Assembly (NCBI RefSeq): GCF_011386835.1
Contig: NC_088810.1
Location: 21,452,001-21,516,000 of the forward strand
Direction of reading: 5' to 3'
DNA: 64,000 nucleotides
Source of the DNA: Chrysemys picta bellii
Lineage: Eukaryota
Made by a program: the position numbers and the translations under genes. Positions 24,090 through 35,713 of the stretch are shown here, piece by piece; the stretch's first letter is position 1; every line of letters begins with the position of its first letter. A model generated the notes under the pieces. The model searched no databases, was not told the origin of the DNA, and was given only the letters and a program-made list of their open reading frames with translations.

Positions 24090-24933
24090 GGGAGTAGTCA
24101 CACACACAGCAAGAGACAGTCCCTGCTCCAGGAAGCTTCCAGTCTAAACAGACAAGGCGGACAAAGGGCGAGAGGAAGGAAATTCTATTATCCCCATTTG
24201 CAGGTGGAAAATCCAGATTTAATTCAAAATTTAGGTCTCTATTAGTATTAATTATTATCATTTTTCTTGTATGTGTATTACCATTAGTCCTAGCCCTTGT
24301 GGTCGCAAAGATAACTTCTGATGCAGGAACCGGCTGTAAACCGAATTAGTGAGGTCTACCTGAGTTTGCCACCCACCTGAAACAATAACTCCAAGAGGTC
24401 TGAACTTTCCCATTCATCTCAATGGGTTGATCATTCTGAAGACTCATGATGACAATGGTAATGCTAATGCTGCTAACTACAGTATCTCACTGCTGGAAGA
24501 GAGGGAGGAAGGCAACCGTTTTATCTCCCTGGAGAAGACCCATTCCCAGCTTCTTAAGAGTTTCCTTTATCGTCCGTGTCTAGAACCATCTGCTTCCTGA
24601 GTCACTCGCTCAGCCCCAAAGTCCAGATGCTTCATCCCATCTGGTGATTGTGGTTGGTTCCCCAACAGTCCTCCTTCAAGTTCATGCTGCATTCTTTCAC
24701 CTCCCGATTTGACAGAAGACAGAAGGGGCTGTTTCTTACCGTGGGCCAGATCATGCTACTGTCACTCTCACTAGATTGTGCCTTATGCTCAGCATAATCT
24801 CATTGGAGTCAAGGGGGCTACTGGAGGAACAATGTACTACTCAGTGCGAGTAAGTGTGTGGTAATTAACCCTCTGTCTACGTACAGCATCTAAAACAACA
24901 TCCTGGCTGAGGCCAACCCTTAGAAGTCCCAAC

Positions 24934-25057
24934 TAGGGTGACCAGATGTCCCGATTTTATAGGGACAGTCCCGATTTTGGGGTCTTTTTCTTATATAGGC
25001 TCCTATTACCCCCCACCTCCTGTCCCGATTTTTCACACTTGCTGTCTGGTCATCCTA
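24934..25057 (+). mobile_element. hAT (Tip100-like) MITE, copy 2
   Basis: TAGGGTGACCAGATGTCC...GGTCATCCTA; perfect TSD GTCCCAAC. Confidence 0.92.
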
Positions 25058-27648
25058 GTCCCAACTGAGCTCAGGGGCCCATCATACTAGGCACTGTGTG
25101 TGCACACAGAGAGAGACAGCCCTTGCTCTGGAGATCTTTGCAGTCTAAATAGTCAAGACAGACAAAGGGGGAGAGGGAAAACAGACACAGAGTGGGGAAC
25201 AGCTTTGGCCAAGGTCAAACAGCCGATTTGTAGCTGAACTGGGAATACAATCCAGGTCTCTGACTTTGTCTAGAGAGCCCTAACCACTAGACCAGGTTGC
25301 TGGCGATGATAACATAATATAACGAATTATAATTATCTACGTAAATCAACCAAACGGATAGAGGGAGAAATCACTCCTCCCCACTATTCAGAGTTCACAC
25401 AACCATATAAAACCAGCCACATCACAAACATAGTAACCAAAGCCCCTTCCGCCAGGTTAGAGCTCCATAAATCTGAGGTATAGCTGCTCCGTGTTGCCAC
25501 CTAGTGATGTGGACTTGTGAACATCCCAAAGAAGCTCCCACAGTATCTCTCAGGACAACCTCTCTCCTCTTTTGTTTTCATTGCCTTGCATGGATTTGGA
25601 TGGCTTCTGGCATTGAAACAGCCCTTGCTGGGAAATGATTTGGGTTCAGTGGTGTAATGACAGTGCAAATGTGTTGCACAAGAGACATTTTTACGAGCAG
25701 GCATGTTTAAGGAACTACCACAGGCAAAAATACCATGGAGGTGAAGGAAAACTACAGAACATGGGATCAAAAGGGTACGTTAAGGGAGCTCTAGAGATCT
25801 CTTGTGAAGGGGCACTGCTGGTTGTAGTCTTTGGAAGCTCAGGATAGATTTTTGAGATGAGCGTCAAAGGAGGTGGGAGTGAAGTCCTGACTCTAACTTC
25901 ATTTATGACACTAAACTTCCGTTGACTTCAGTGGGAGTTTTGCCTGAGAAGTGACTGCTGAAGTGGACCTGATAAGAGCTTCCATGACTTTTTGGTTGTT
26001 GTAAGTTTCAGTGGAAATGGTTTTCATTAGCTTGTGAAGACAGAGAGCGAGAGAGAGAGAGAGAGCAAGAGCAGGAAGAAGATTTAAACATTTCCCAGCT
26101 CTGATGGAAACCCAATCTCTTTTATGATATGTACAGTAGCATATAAAAGCCCCAAGATCAGGGCCCCGTTGTGCCAGGCACAGTGCAAACATGTAGTGAG
26201 AGAGAGACAGCCCTGCTCTGAAGACTTTACAATTGAAATAGACTAGGCAGAGGATGGGTTAATATTTCTGTGTCACAAACAGGGAACTGAGGCACTGACA
26301 GGGAAACAACTCTGTGAGGTCACACTATAAGACTGCAACAGTGGCAAGAATTGAATCCCGCTCTCCTAAGTACCAAACCGCTACCTTAACCGCTAGACCA
26401 GTCCTCCTCTAGCATGCGCTAACATGACCAAGAAAGTAAAACTGACTAAAAACAAGAGTGAAACCAACCAGTTTCATTTTGCTGTGCCAGTTCATAAGAA
26501 ATGGAGAGAAATTCACAATAAAGATCATAATCAGTGAGAAGTAAATTTGGAGGTTAACCTTCTTTCAGCTTCTGAAACCTGAGATCTTCATAACCCAGGG
26601 GAGAACATCCATTTTTAACACAGCAGGGACTTGCCAGTTCTTCAAGCTAATGTCTAGGGGCTGGTGACCAACTGCAGATTAGCCAATACCCAACCCTTCC
26701 AAAATGTAAAATGAAGGCACTGACATCACAAAATGTATTTTGCTCATTTCTCTTAATTTCACTTTAATTATTTATGTTAATAGTTCACAGCATACTAGCA
26801 AATGGGCTTCAGTAGGCTTTGAATCAGGCCCCACGTTTTCAAAGAATAATAATATCTCAAGTCTTCATTCTGCTCTTGTATGTCAGGAGGACCTCCATGG
26901 AAGTCAGTGGAGTGATACCAGTGTAAAAACAGCATGCATGAGATTATTATGATTATTGGTTTGTATTGCAGTAATGCAAGAAGCAACTTGCCTAAGCAGC
27001 AAATCAGTGGAAGAAATGGAAATAGAACCAGGGTCTTTTTGATCAGAATTCATCCCTGGGCCACACAGCCCTTCGCTAAGCAAGATGAGAAGTGGGATTT
27101 TTGGTGAGAATGATTCCGTTTGTAGCTAACCCAGATTCAACCCTTTCTGGTCCAAATCCTAGGCACTGAGGGATTTGCCTGGGTGATTTGCACTCGGTAG
27201 TATTCCTGTAAACACGGTGCAATGATATGGCAAAGCAGCATGTGCAGTAAGACAGAAAGGCTGGGAGCGCGGAATCCAGTACGTGTGCGTAAGGGAAGTA
27301 GGTATTTTGATTGGGAGGCCTGTGCAAAGATGGGCCCAGTTACTGCGTAACTATTTTATGTGCTGCCAGCGGCCTGCTGCTGCACCCCGTTTGACATGTG
27401 TAACCTTAATAGTAAAATGGCTAAGTGCTAATGCCCCTAGCTGTATCACTGGAAACAGTGCACAAGGTGAAAATCGGTGGCTTTTTATGTTGAGGGAACA
27501 ACAGAACGGTTTAGGGGAGCAATGGGGCTGTGATTAAGAGCATGACATTGGGAGGCAGGGCTCCTACCCCTGGTCCCCACAGCCTTGAGCCCCTAACTGA
27601 ATCCCTGACACCACTCACCACACTCGGCTTTGGGGTTAGCAGTGACTC

Positions 27649-27790
27649 TAGGGTGACCAGACAGCAAGTGTGAAAAACCAGGACAGTGGATGCGTGGTAA
27701 TCGGTGCCTATATAAGACAAAGTTCCCAAAATCAGGACTGTCCCTATAAAATCAGGACATCTGGTCACCCTAGGACATCTGGTCACCCTA
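27649..27790 (-). mobile_element. hAT (Tip100-like) MITE, copy 3, with duplicated terminus
   Basis: Perfect TSD AGTGACTC; GGACATCTGGTCACCCTA tandemly duplicated at 27755-27790. Confidence 0.9.
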
Positions 27791-27899
27791 AGTGACTCCG
27801 AGAGGAAAGTGCCTGCCTACTGAGCCACTCACCCTGCTCCCTACACCCCTAGCACTGCATTGGGGCACTGCAGTTGGCACTGGCTCAAAGGGGAGATCA

Positions 27900-28950
27900 C
27901 CATTTGGTGGCCACGGGGCAATTACTACGAGTCCCAGCATGCACTACAGCGCCCCCTGCTGTTAGGGAGCGAGAAGAGTCTCCCTTGGCATTGTGGGAGT
28001 TGTAGTCCATCTGCCATAGGGCGCTCTGGGTCCTGATTTGGCGATTAACTAACAGTCCTGGCACGTATTGCGTCAGGTCCCTCTCTCGGCCAATGAAGAG
28101 TTCGCCGTGGTGCATTGTGGGCGTTGCTGTCCACCCACTGCAGTGCACCATGGGAGTTGTAGTCCTGTCCCTATGAACACAACTCTCTAGCCGACCTTTT
28201 TTTGCAGATAATAAATGGTGGGGTAGGAGAGGGCATTCATTACAATGCATTATGGGAGTTACAGGTATTTGAGTCTGGGAAAGCTATTAAATCCCGACGG
28301 GCCCAGTGCACTCTGGGAGCGGCCTATGAGACAGCGGTGAGCGTGACCAAATGACTACAAATCCCAGGATGCCCAGCTTCCGGTCTCTGTGGGCATCAAG
28401 GGCGTTTTGCCGCGGTGCCCTCTGGGATTGGTAGTCTTCCTCGACTGAAGGGGGTCCGTGAATTGGCCGTCGGCCGCGGTGCGTTCTGGGAGTTTTAGTG
28501 TTCCTGGGAGGTCGGGGCAATGCTGTCGTAACTACCGGCAGCCGCGGTGCACGCTGGGAGTTGTCGTCCCGCCTTTGGGTGAGCATGGACTCCCGTTCCC
28601 GAGATGCAGCGCGGCGGCCCCCCTGCGGAGAGCCAATGGGGTCCGGCCGCGGTGCCCTCTGGGAGTTGTAGTTTTGTTGTGCTGAGGCGGGGGGGCGCTC
28701 TCGGCGGCCATTAGCTGTGTGCGCGCTGGGCTGGCGGAGAGCGGCTGGGTCGGAGCCTTCGCCTCCCCTTTCCCCCCGGGGGTGGAGCTGCCATGGCGGC
28801 CCGCGCGGCTTAGCCCCGCTCCCCTCCCCCCCCCCCAGCTACGGTAACCGAGGAAGCGGGCGCGGCCTAGCCGAGCGGGCGGATCCCCGGGCTCGCGTAG
28901 CGGCCGCTGCCGCCCAGGGCTGCCCCTCGGCCGGCCGCGGGGCGGGGGCC
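27900..28950 (+). promoter_or_regulatory. PRCC CpG-island promoter with ZNF143/THAP11 (SBS) motif array, CCAAT boxes and a CTCF-like site
   Basis: Eight ACTACAnnTCCCA-type motifs plus three partial ones (27924-28672); CCAAT at 28090, 28462 (reverse) and 28633; CAGCAGGGGGCGCTG on minus at 27947-27961; CpG-rich. Confidence 0.85.
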
Positions 28951-29457
28951 ATGTCCCTGGTGGCCTATGGCAGCAGTGATGAGGAGAGCGAGGCGGAGGA
29001 GGCCTCCGGCGAGGAAGAGGAGGCCCCCCCCGTCCAGCCCCCCCCGGGCCGGGGGCTCTTCTCTGCCCTGCCCCCTCCCAAGCTCCCCCTGCTGCCCCCC
29101 CACCAGCTTCTGGGCTCCGGCTTCCCCCTGCTGCCCCCGCCCCACGGGGGGCCGCCCCCGCCCTTCATGCTGGGCCCCCCCCCCGGAGTCAGGGGCTTCA
29201 GCACCCCGCCCCCAGGCATGAGCCCTGCCCAGGCCTCTGCTCTGGGGCTGGGCCTGCCTGAGCCAGCAGCCTTGGGGAGCCTGGGGGGGGAGCAGCCCAG
29301 GCTGGGGGGGCTCCCGCTGCCCCCGCCCAGGGACCCCGCCGGACTGAATCTCCCCCCTCCTGCCATGGCCTCGGCGGCTCCCCCCGGGGCCGGGGCCGGT
29401 TCGGGCCTCCCCAAGCCGAAGAAGAGGATTGCGGCGCCCGAGCTGCACAAGGGGGAT
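28951..29457 (+). CDS. PRCC: PRCC exon 1 (proline-rich N-terminus)
   Basis: MSLVAYGSSDEE...LPKPKKRIAAPELHKGD; Kozak GCCATG; donor GAT|GTGAGT; 507 nt, phase 0. Confidence 0.97.
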
Positions 29458-32400
29458 GTGAGTATGAAATAAAGTCTTGTGTTCTGGGGATCCGGTGACG
29501 CCTCCACCCTGAGCCGGGGGGTGCCCCCGTAGAGAGGCATCTCCCGGAATGGAATGGGGGCGCCCCCGGTGGGGGAAAACCCCTTGGGAGAGTGGTCCTG
29601 CAACCGTCCCTCTCTTATTGGGGTGATCCGATGGTGCCCGTGAAATGTGGCCATGACCCCAAGCATCCGAGCACGAGAAGGCGCCGAAAAAAGTTGACAC
29701 TGACATTGAGGTCTCTCAGGGGAGACAGGTCCTAGCTGGCAACTCTAATCCTAAAGTGCTTTGCAGAATTCAGTTAACCTTATTTACAATCATCATACAG
29801 CAAAACTAGATCGTCCATAGTCTTGTTCGTTAGAAAAGTTAACTAGTTAATGAGTTGAAGCCTGACTCTGCCAGTTTTGGGATAGCCAAAATAATTTTTA
29901 TTTTGCTAGCCCAAATTTCACGTCAAAACTAAAATTTGTTTATTTAAAACTAATTATCTGAAGGTTTTAGATTCCCTCTGGGACATTTAGGTAATAGGTT
30001 ATCTGTAACTTGCCTTTGTGTTTTCACAGTGTTTCTGATCCATTGGGTCCCTAAGCACCATGAAATTGCAACTAATTATGTGCTGTACAATAGGGAGGGG
30101 AGGAGAATATTCTTGGTGAAGAACAGAGGGTAACCACTCCCGTAGAAAAAGGCCTTCTCAGGGTATGCAGAACTGATGGGACCTCAGTTTCTCTTTTGAA
30201 AGAGTCTCCACAAAACTCAGTTCTTTTACTGCTAAAGGATTAGGGAGCTAGTCCGTGTTGCTGGGATTCAAACCTTTGATTCTAGGACATACATATGTCA
30301 AACCTAATAGTGAAACTAGTTGGGTTAGGACTACTCCCATCAGCAATGCCTTCTATTTGGAAAGCGTCTGTAATATTTTAGCGTAAGGGCTTAAATTTAA
30401 ACCATGTGTGGGAATGGAATTGATCTGTATACCAGTAAAATGCAACTTCCTCCTGAATGGAAAGTGACAGCTTTTTAACAGTGCCCTGCAATCCTATTTG
30501 ATAAGACTACGAAAGGAAGTGGAAGAATATCCTAATCCAATTGCTCTTGTGGCAAAACTTAGGGAGGAAGATTATAGTTAAACCCCACAAAGGGTCAGGA
30601 CTTTGTTTTAGGTCTCTACTGAAAGATGGCATTTTCTCTGGCACACTGTCTGCCTGTTCCCTGTCAAGGTGTTACCTATTTTATATTGCCTCTCAGGATG
30701 CAAAGAATAATCAGCAAAGTCCTGGAGAGACCACAGACTGTCTATTTTGAGACAGGCAGCTGCAGGAGGTGGACACTGAGTATGAACTTATAAATAGTTG
30801 CAGGGATATAATTGGTCAGCCAGCATCTTAGCCTTGGGAGAACTGGAACTGTGTCAATGTCAATTCCCCTCTCACCTTGCTAGGAGTCTGCAGGGATGTC
30901 AGAGGGGACATTGAAGAGTGTACACTGTTCTCCATAGTCCCCACAACTCAGGGCGCTGGTTTGCCTGTTAAGTGGCATAGCCTAACAAATTCCAGAGCCA
31001 TAGATCCCTCTGCCAAGATGACCAAAACATAAGATATGTGGCAGAGAATATCTTGTTGCTATACCTTGGGACTGTTTATAGTGAACTTGAATTTAGTCAA
31101 AGCATTGACAAACAGCAGGACAATTCATTCATTCCACTTCACGCTGCTTTGCAATGTGCATGCCTCCATCCCAGTTAGGGTGATAGGGGGAGGAAATGGC
31201 TTTGCTTTAGGTGTGCTTCACTCTATCCATCTCTAAAATCCTGTGTCATAATCCTCTTATTTCTATCCCTTCTGCTGGCTCCAATGATGATGTACATCTG
31301 TTGGGCAATGCAATGTATTGATCAGTCTTGTTAGCAAACTCATTAGTAGCGTTCTGCTTTCTCACATCTCCTGTTTGCTCATTCCCTTCTTCACAGCATC
31401 TGGCTGAGAAACAGACATTTCATAATAAAACAGATGCCAACCTATTGCAGTAAAGTTAACGAGGAGGCTTATTGACAACTCTTGTGGGATAGTCTTACAT
31501 GAAAGGGATCTGTTTCTCTTAATGTATTGATCTCCCCCTCCCCCCAATATAGCAACATATTAACTTTGAACACTTATGTGGCACAGATTATCACTAGCGA
31601 TCATGTTGATGAGCAAGGGTCAGTAAAAAGAAATGCATAAAAATGGGGCCATTCTTAATTCTTCACTACTCAGTACCTCTTTTCCATTGTGACAGTCGTC
31701 CTAATCTTTCAAACCCCTCCTCAAAATTCCCTTCTTTCACCTTGCATCCCACTGGGGAATTCTACCTCAATTTCTGCTTCAACATAAAAACAGAACTCAT
31801 CATGTAAGTTCTTGTAACGCTTGACTCTCCTTAGCTGTTTACTTTATCTAGTTTCATGTTCTACGTTTGTATAATTTAGGTAGTAAACTGGGATGAAGGC
31901 CATGTCTCCCTTAATCTCTGTAAATCACCATGGAAAGCTATAGGACTGTCTACATCTTTAGGGCTGGATTCTCTTGTACACTAAGGCCCCGTTATGATGG
32001 CAGAGCGTGGAAAGGGGCCTCAAGTGTAAGAGAATCAGTCTCCAAACACTAATTTCTAATGGGACTTGGGTGTCCAAAACTTCTAAGCACCTTTGAAAAA
32101 TCTCCACGCTAAATTACCAGATCCACAATGTTATGAGTTTCTTTCCACTTTGGTTTACATTGTCTAAACACAAAAGCAGAGGGCTGTCAGTTTTGGGGTG
32201 GGTATTTTTTGTGATTTCAAAACAGAGCCTGACTTATAAAAGCCTCAAACTGAGTTTTGCCTCAATGTTTTGTTTCTTATATTAAAAAAAAAAACAAAAC
32301 AGCAAAAAACTAATCACTGGTGAGCAGTTAAATAGGTGTAAGTTGTGCCTCTCATTTTCTCCCACTCACTCCTGCTTTGTAACAGTATTAAAATGACAGT

Positions 32401-32936
32401 CTTAATATTTTAAATCCTGACTTAAAATTAAGTAAATGGGTTTTTTTGGGTCCACATACCTTACAGATGAGCTTAATCTTAAATTGGACAAAACATTTTC
32501 AGTTGCGTTGAAATTGCTCTTATGAGCTTTAAAGATCTAACACCAGTGTACGTGTTTATATAGCTATAGTTTTTACAGTAGCTTAGGGTTTTATACATGG
32601 CCCTGTCCAAACTGCACTAGTTACAACTGTTGCTAAACATAGCGGCAAGTAGCACAGTCTTGCTTCCATTGTGGGCAGTTTGCTTATCTCTCATGATAGT
32701 AACCAGGGCTAGCTTTCAACAAGACAGCACTTCTTGACCTGATCTCCCCATATCAGCAGGACTGGAGGTGAAAGAACTTCGATCTCCTACTGCCTTTTCA
32801 GCAGCTAGGGTCCTTGCAAATCAAAAAGCTGGCCCTGCTGCTAACATGATCTCTTTGATAATGAGTACATTTCTTCTATTTTTTTTTTTTAACTGTCACA
32901 AGTGCTACTTAAATTGTTTTTTTTTTCCTTTCTCAG

Positions 32937-32984
32937 TCAGATTCAGAGGAAGATGAACCGGCAAAGAAGAAAAATTCTCTTCAG
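32937..32984 (+). CDS. PRCC: PRCC exon 2
   Basis: SDSEEDEPAKKKNSLQ; T-rich tract + CAG acceptor; donor CAG|GTAATG; 48 nt. Confidence 0.95.
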
Positions 32985-33728
32985 GTAATGACTTAAAATG
33001 TAATTCTCAAACTTATACTTCCTGTGGAAGCAACTTGATTGTCACAATCTTGGGTTTACAGCTGGGGCCCTCAGGCAGGCTCCTATCAGGACTAAGGGGG
33101 CACTAATGTACAGTAGCAAACCACCAGAGTTCCTAGAGGAGACTGTTTTTGTGGCATACAAGTATGTTATATTCAGGCTCTACAACAACTGGTTAGGCTG
33201 GTACTAAAACTTTATCAGTCAGTTGAATCAAGTTGCCACAGGTTAGATGACATATGAAACTTAATCTCTAGTACCAAACATAATTGGCAGACAGTCAAGT
33301 CACTTGGAACTCTGAACCTGCTTCCAAGCCCATAAAAATGCGGGAAAGTAATCAGACACTTGATTATCACAATGCAGCAGACTTCAAAATACTGTACTTC
33401 AGAAAAACGACGGTAAGCCCAACCCTGCTGCTTTTGAAATTGAGGCAGTGCATTGACTTCAAAATGGATGGCCTTTTGGTCAAGGCACCGGAAAGGGGCT
33501 TGGGAATTGTATGTTCAGTTCCCGTCTCTGTCACGACTCTCTGTGTGACCCTGGGGACTTAGTTCCTGATCCTGCAACTTGTTGCACTTTGGCAGCAAGA
33601 TTTCAGTTCAAGGACCCTAAGGGTCCATTTCTTTATTACTTAGCCTCTAGACCTCCACAGACAAGCTGGTTACTTCAGTGTTTTCAAACTACCAGCCAAG
33701 CAAGCCCTATCTCCAGAGATTGGTGGTA

Positions 33729-33918
33729 CACCCCGACCCTGATATAATGCGACCCGATAGAACACGAATTCGGATATAACGCGGTAAAGCAGTGCTCTGG
33801 GAGGGGTGGGGCTGCGCACTCCGGTGGATCAAAGCAAGTTTGATATAACGCGGTTTCACCTATAACACGGTAAGATTTTTTTGGCTCCCGAGGACAGTGT
33901 TATATTGAGGTAGAGGTG
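33729..33918. mobile_element. Tc1/Mariner (Tigger-like) MITE
   Basis: TA TSD on both sides; TIRs CACCCCGACCCTGATATAA / TTATATTGAGGTAGAGGTG; internal GATATAACGCGG repeats. Confidence 0.85.
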
Positions 33919-34082
33919 TAGTTCCTAATAGAAACAATGTTTAAAAAAGAGTAATATACTTGCAGATGCATTGTAGGTTGGATAAACAGGAGAACTGAAG
34001 GTAACAGTTTATTGCTTCCTGTCCTATATGGGTCTAAACATTGTTCAGGAGTGGCTGATCTATTTAAAAAACACCTATCATG

Positions 34083-34270
34083 AGAGGCAGTATGGCCTAC
34101 TGCATAGAATATGAGACTAGGACTCAGGAGACCTGAGTTCTTTTTCTGGCTCTGCTACTGGCCTGCTGGATGACCTTGGTCAAGAGGCTTCATCGCTCTG
34201 TGCCTCAGTTTCCCTTCTGTAAAATGGGGATAATGATAGGGACCTCCTTTGTAAAATACTTTGAGATCTA
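34083..34270 (+). mobile_element. MIR-like CORE-SINE (representative of many copies in the window)
   Basis: tRNA-like head + CTCTGTGCCTCAGTTTCCCTTCTGTAAAATGGGGATAAT core. The same core recurs near 1580, 2110, 4135, 4450, 6150, 6360, 8205, 9510, 12600, 14060, 15165, 48200, 49335, 54400 and 60690. Confidence 0.8.
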
Positions 34271-35128
34271 ATCACTGCATGCTCAAAAGCATGGGGCTGT
34301 AGGGGCAATCTTTTAGTGTCTTGCTCCCCCCAGTATTCTGCCTCCCATTGCTTCCAGATGTGAACGTGATGATGGAATTTGTTATGACTTCTATTACGAT
34401 AGCTCTGATGGGCCCAGTCGTGGATCAGGGCCTCATTGTGCTAGGCTTACAAACACGTCAGAGATTCTCCCAACCCTGAGCACTTACGCACTATTCATGC
34501 TTAGATTGTAATGTGTGGCCTGCAGGGTAAAGACTAAGCTGTGTGGTGTGAAAAGCTGGCACAAACGCACAACTCCTCAATCTCTCCCTTACTTGCAATC
34601 AGCCTGTATATATGAAAGCTGGATTAAACCCCATACTGGAGGGTCTAAGGCAGTGGTGGGCTGCAGGTTGCCCACCACTGGTCTAATCTTAAAAGGTTTC
34701 TTTAGGATAATGCTCTGAACATGGCTTTAATTTGGAGAACATAGACCGATGCCTTTGAGAGCTATACATTCACTTAAAAGTCCCCTCTTAATTTTGGATA
34801 AGGAAGCCTCTGGCATTTTCCCCCTCTCCGTTGTAGAAGTGAAATAAAGCCTCAGTTCACAGCGCTAGCATTCTGCAAAACCTGGTCCTCTGGTCTGTCA
34901 GATTTTTCTGTCACCCCCTTCAGAGCAGAATATCGCTCCTTTGTATCTCAGGCCAATGTAATTTTCAGTCCCCGCAGTGCATGCTGAGTAGTGGAGGTGC
35001 CCATTGGCAAGGTTAGATAGAAGTGAAATGGGGGGAGATATTGGGCACTGGGTTAGGAAAATAAATTCGCTCATCTATTTTCTTGTCTCCTATTTTTATG
35101 AATCATCTTTTCTGAATGAAACGACCAG

Positions 35129-35713
35129 GGACTCAGCGAGGGCACTGGCTTGTCTGCTTTGCTTCCTCAACCCAAAAACTTGACGGTGAAAGAGACAAAC
35201 CGGTTGCTTTTGCCCTATGCTTTCTCGAGGAAAGCGGCAGAAAACGCCCCTGAGTCGAAGCCAGCTAAGGCTCCAACCTCCTCCTCCAAGCCAAAACCTC
35301 TGTCCAAGCCCGCGGTGGCCACGACTCCTTCGCCATCCGCCATCAAGGCGGCTGCCAAGAGTGCTGCCCTACAGGTGACCAAGCAGATCACCCAGGAGGA
35401 GGACGACAGTGACGAAGAGCTCGAGCCAGAGAACTTCTTTTCTTTGTCTGACAAAAGTGAGCCCAGCGTGGTCAGCGCGGACACGTATGTGTATTCCGGC
35501 ACCGTGGTGACAGAGGATCTGCCCCCTGGGACGGAGCCGGAGCCTGAATTCCAGGATGCTGCCGCTAATGCCCCTCTGGAGTTCAAGACGGCTGCGGGTT
35601 CAAGCACCACTCAGCACAGCTGGGCCCCCAAGCCCGGAGAAGACTATGGCAACCAGCCATATAACCAGTTCCCTGGCTACAGCGATGCCAATGCTCCCGG
35701 GGCATACTATCAG
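35129..35713 (+). CDS. PRCC: PRCC exon 3
   Basis: GLSEGTGLSALLPQPKNLTVKETNRLLLP...SPSAIKAAAKSAALQVTKQITQEEDDSDEE...GAYYQ; donor CAG|GTAAGA; 585 nt. Confidence 0.97.

Noticed and set aside
28717-28950. In-frame GTG-initiated 78-aa extension of PRCC
   Set aside because: Extreme GC content explains the lack of stops, and the ATG at 28951 matches the conserved N-terminus with a good Kozak context.
28867-29706. 279-aa and 233-aa antisense ORFs over PRCC exon 1
   Set aside because: Shadow frames of very GC-rich Pro/Gly codons; no recognisable domain.
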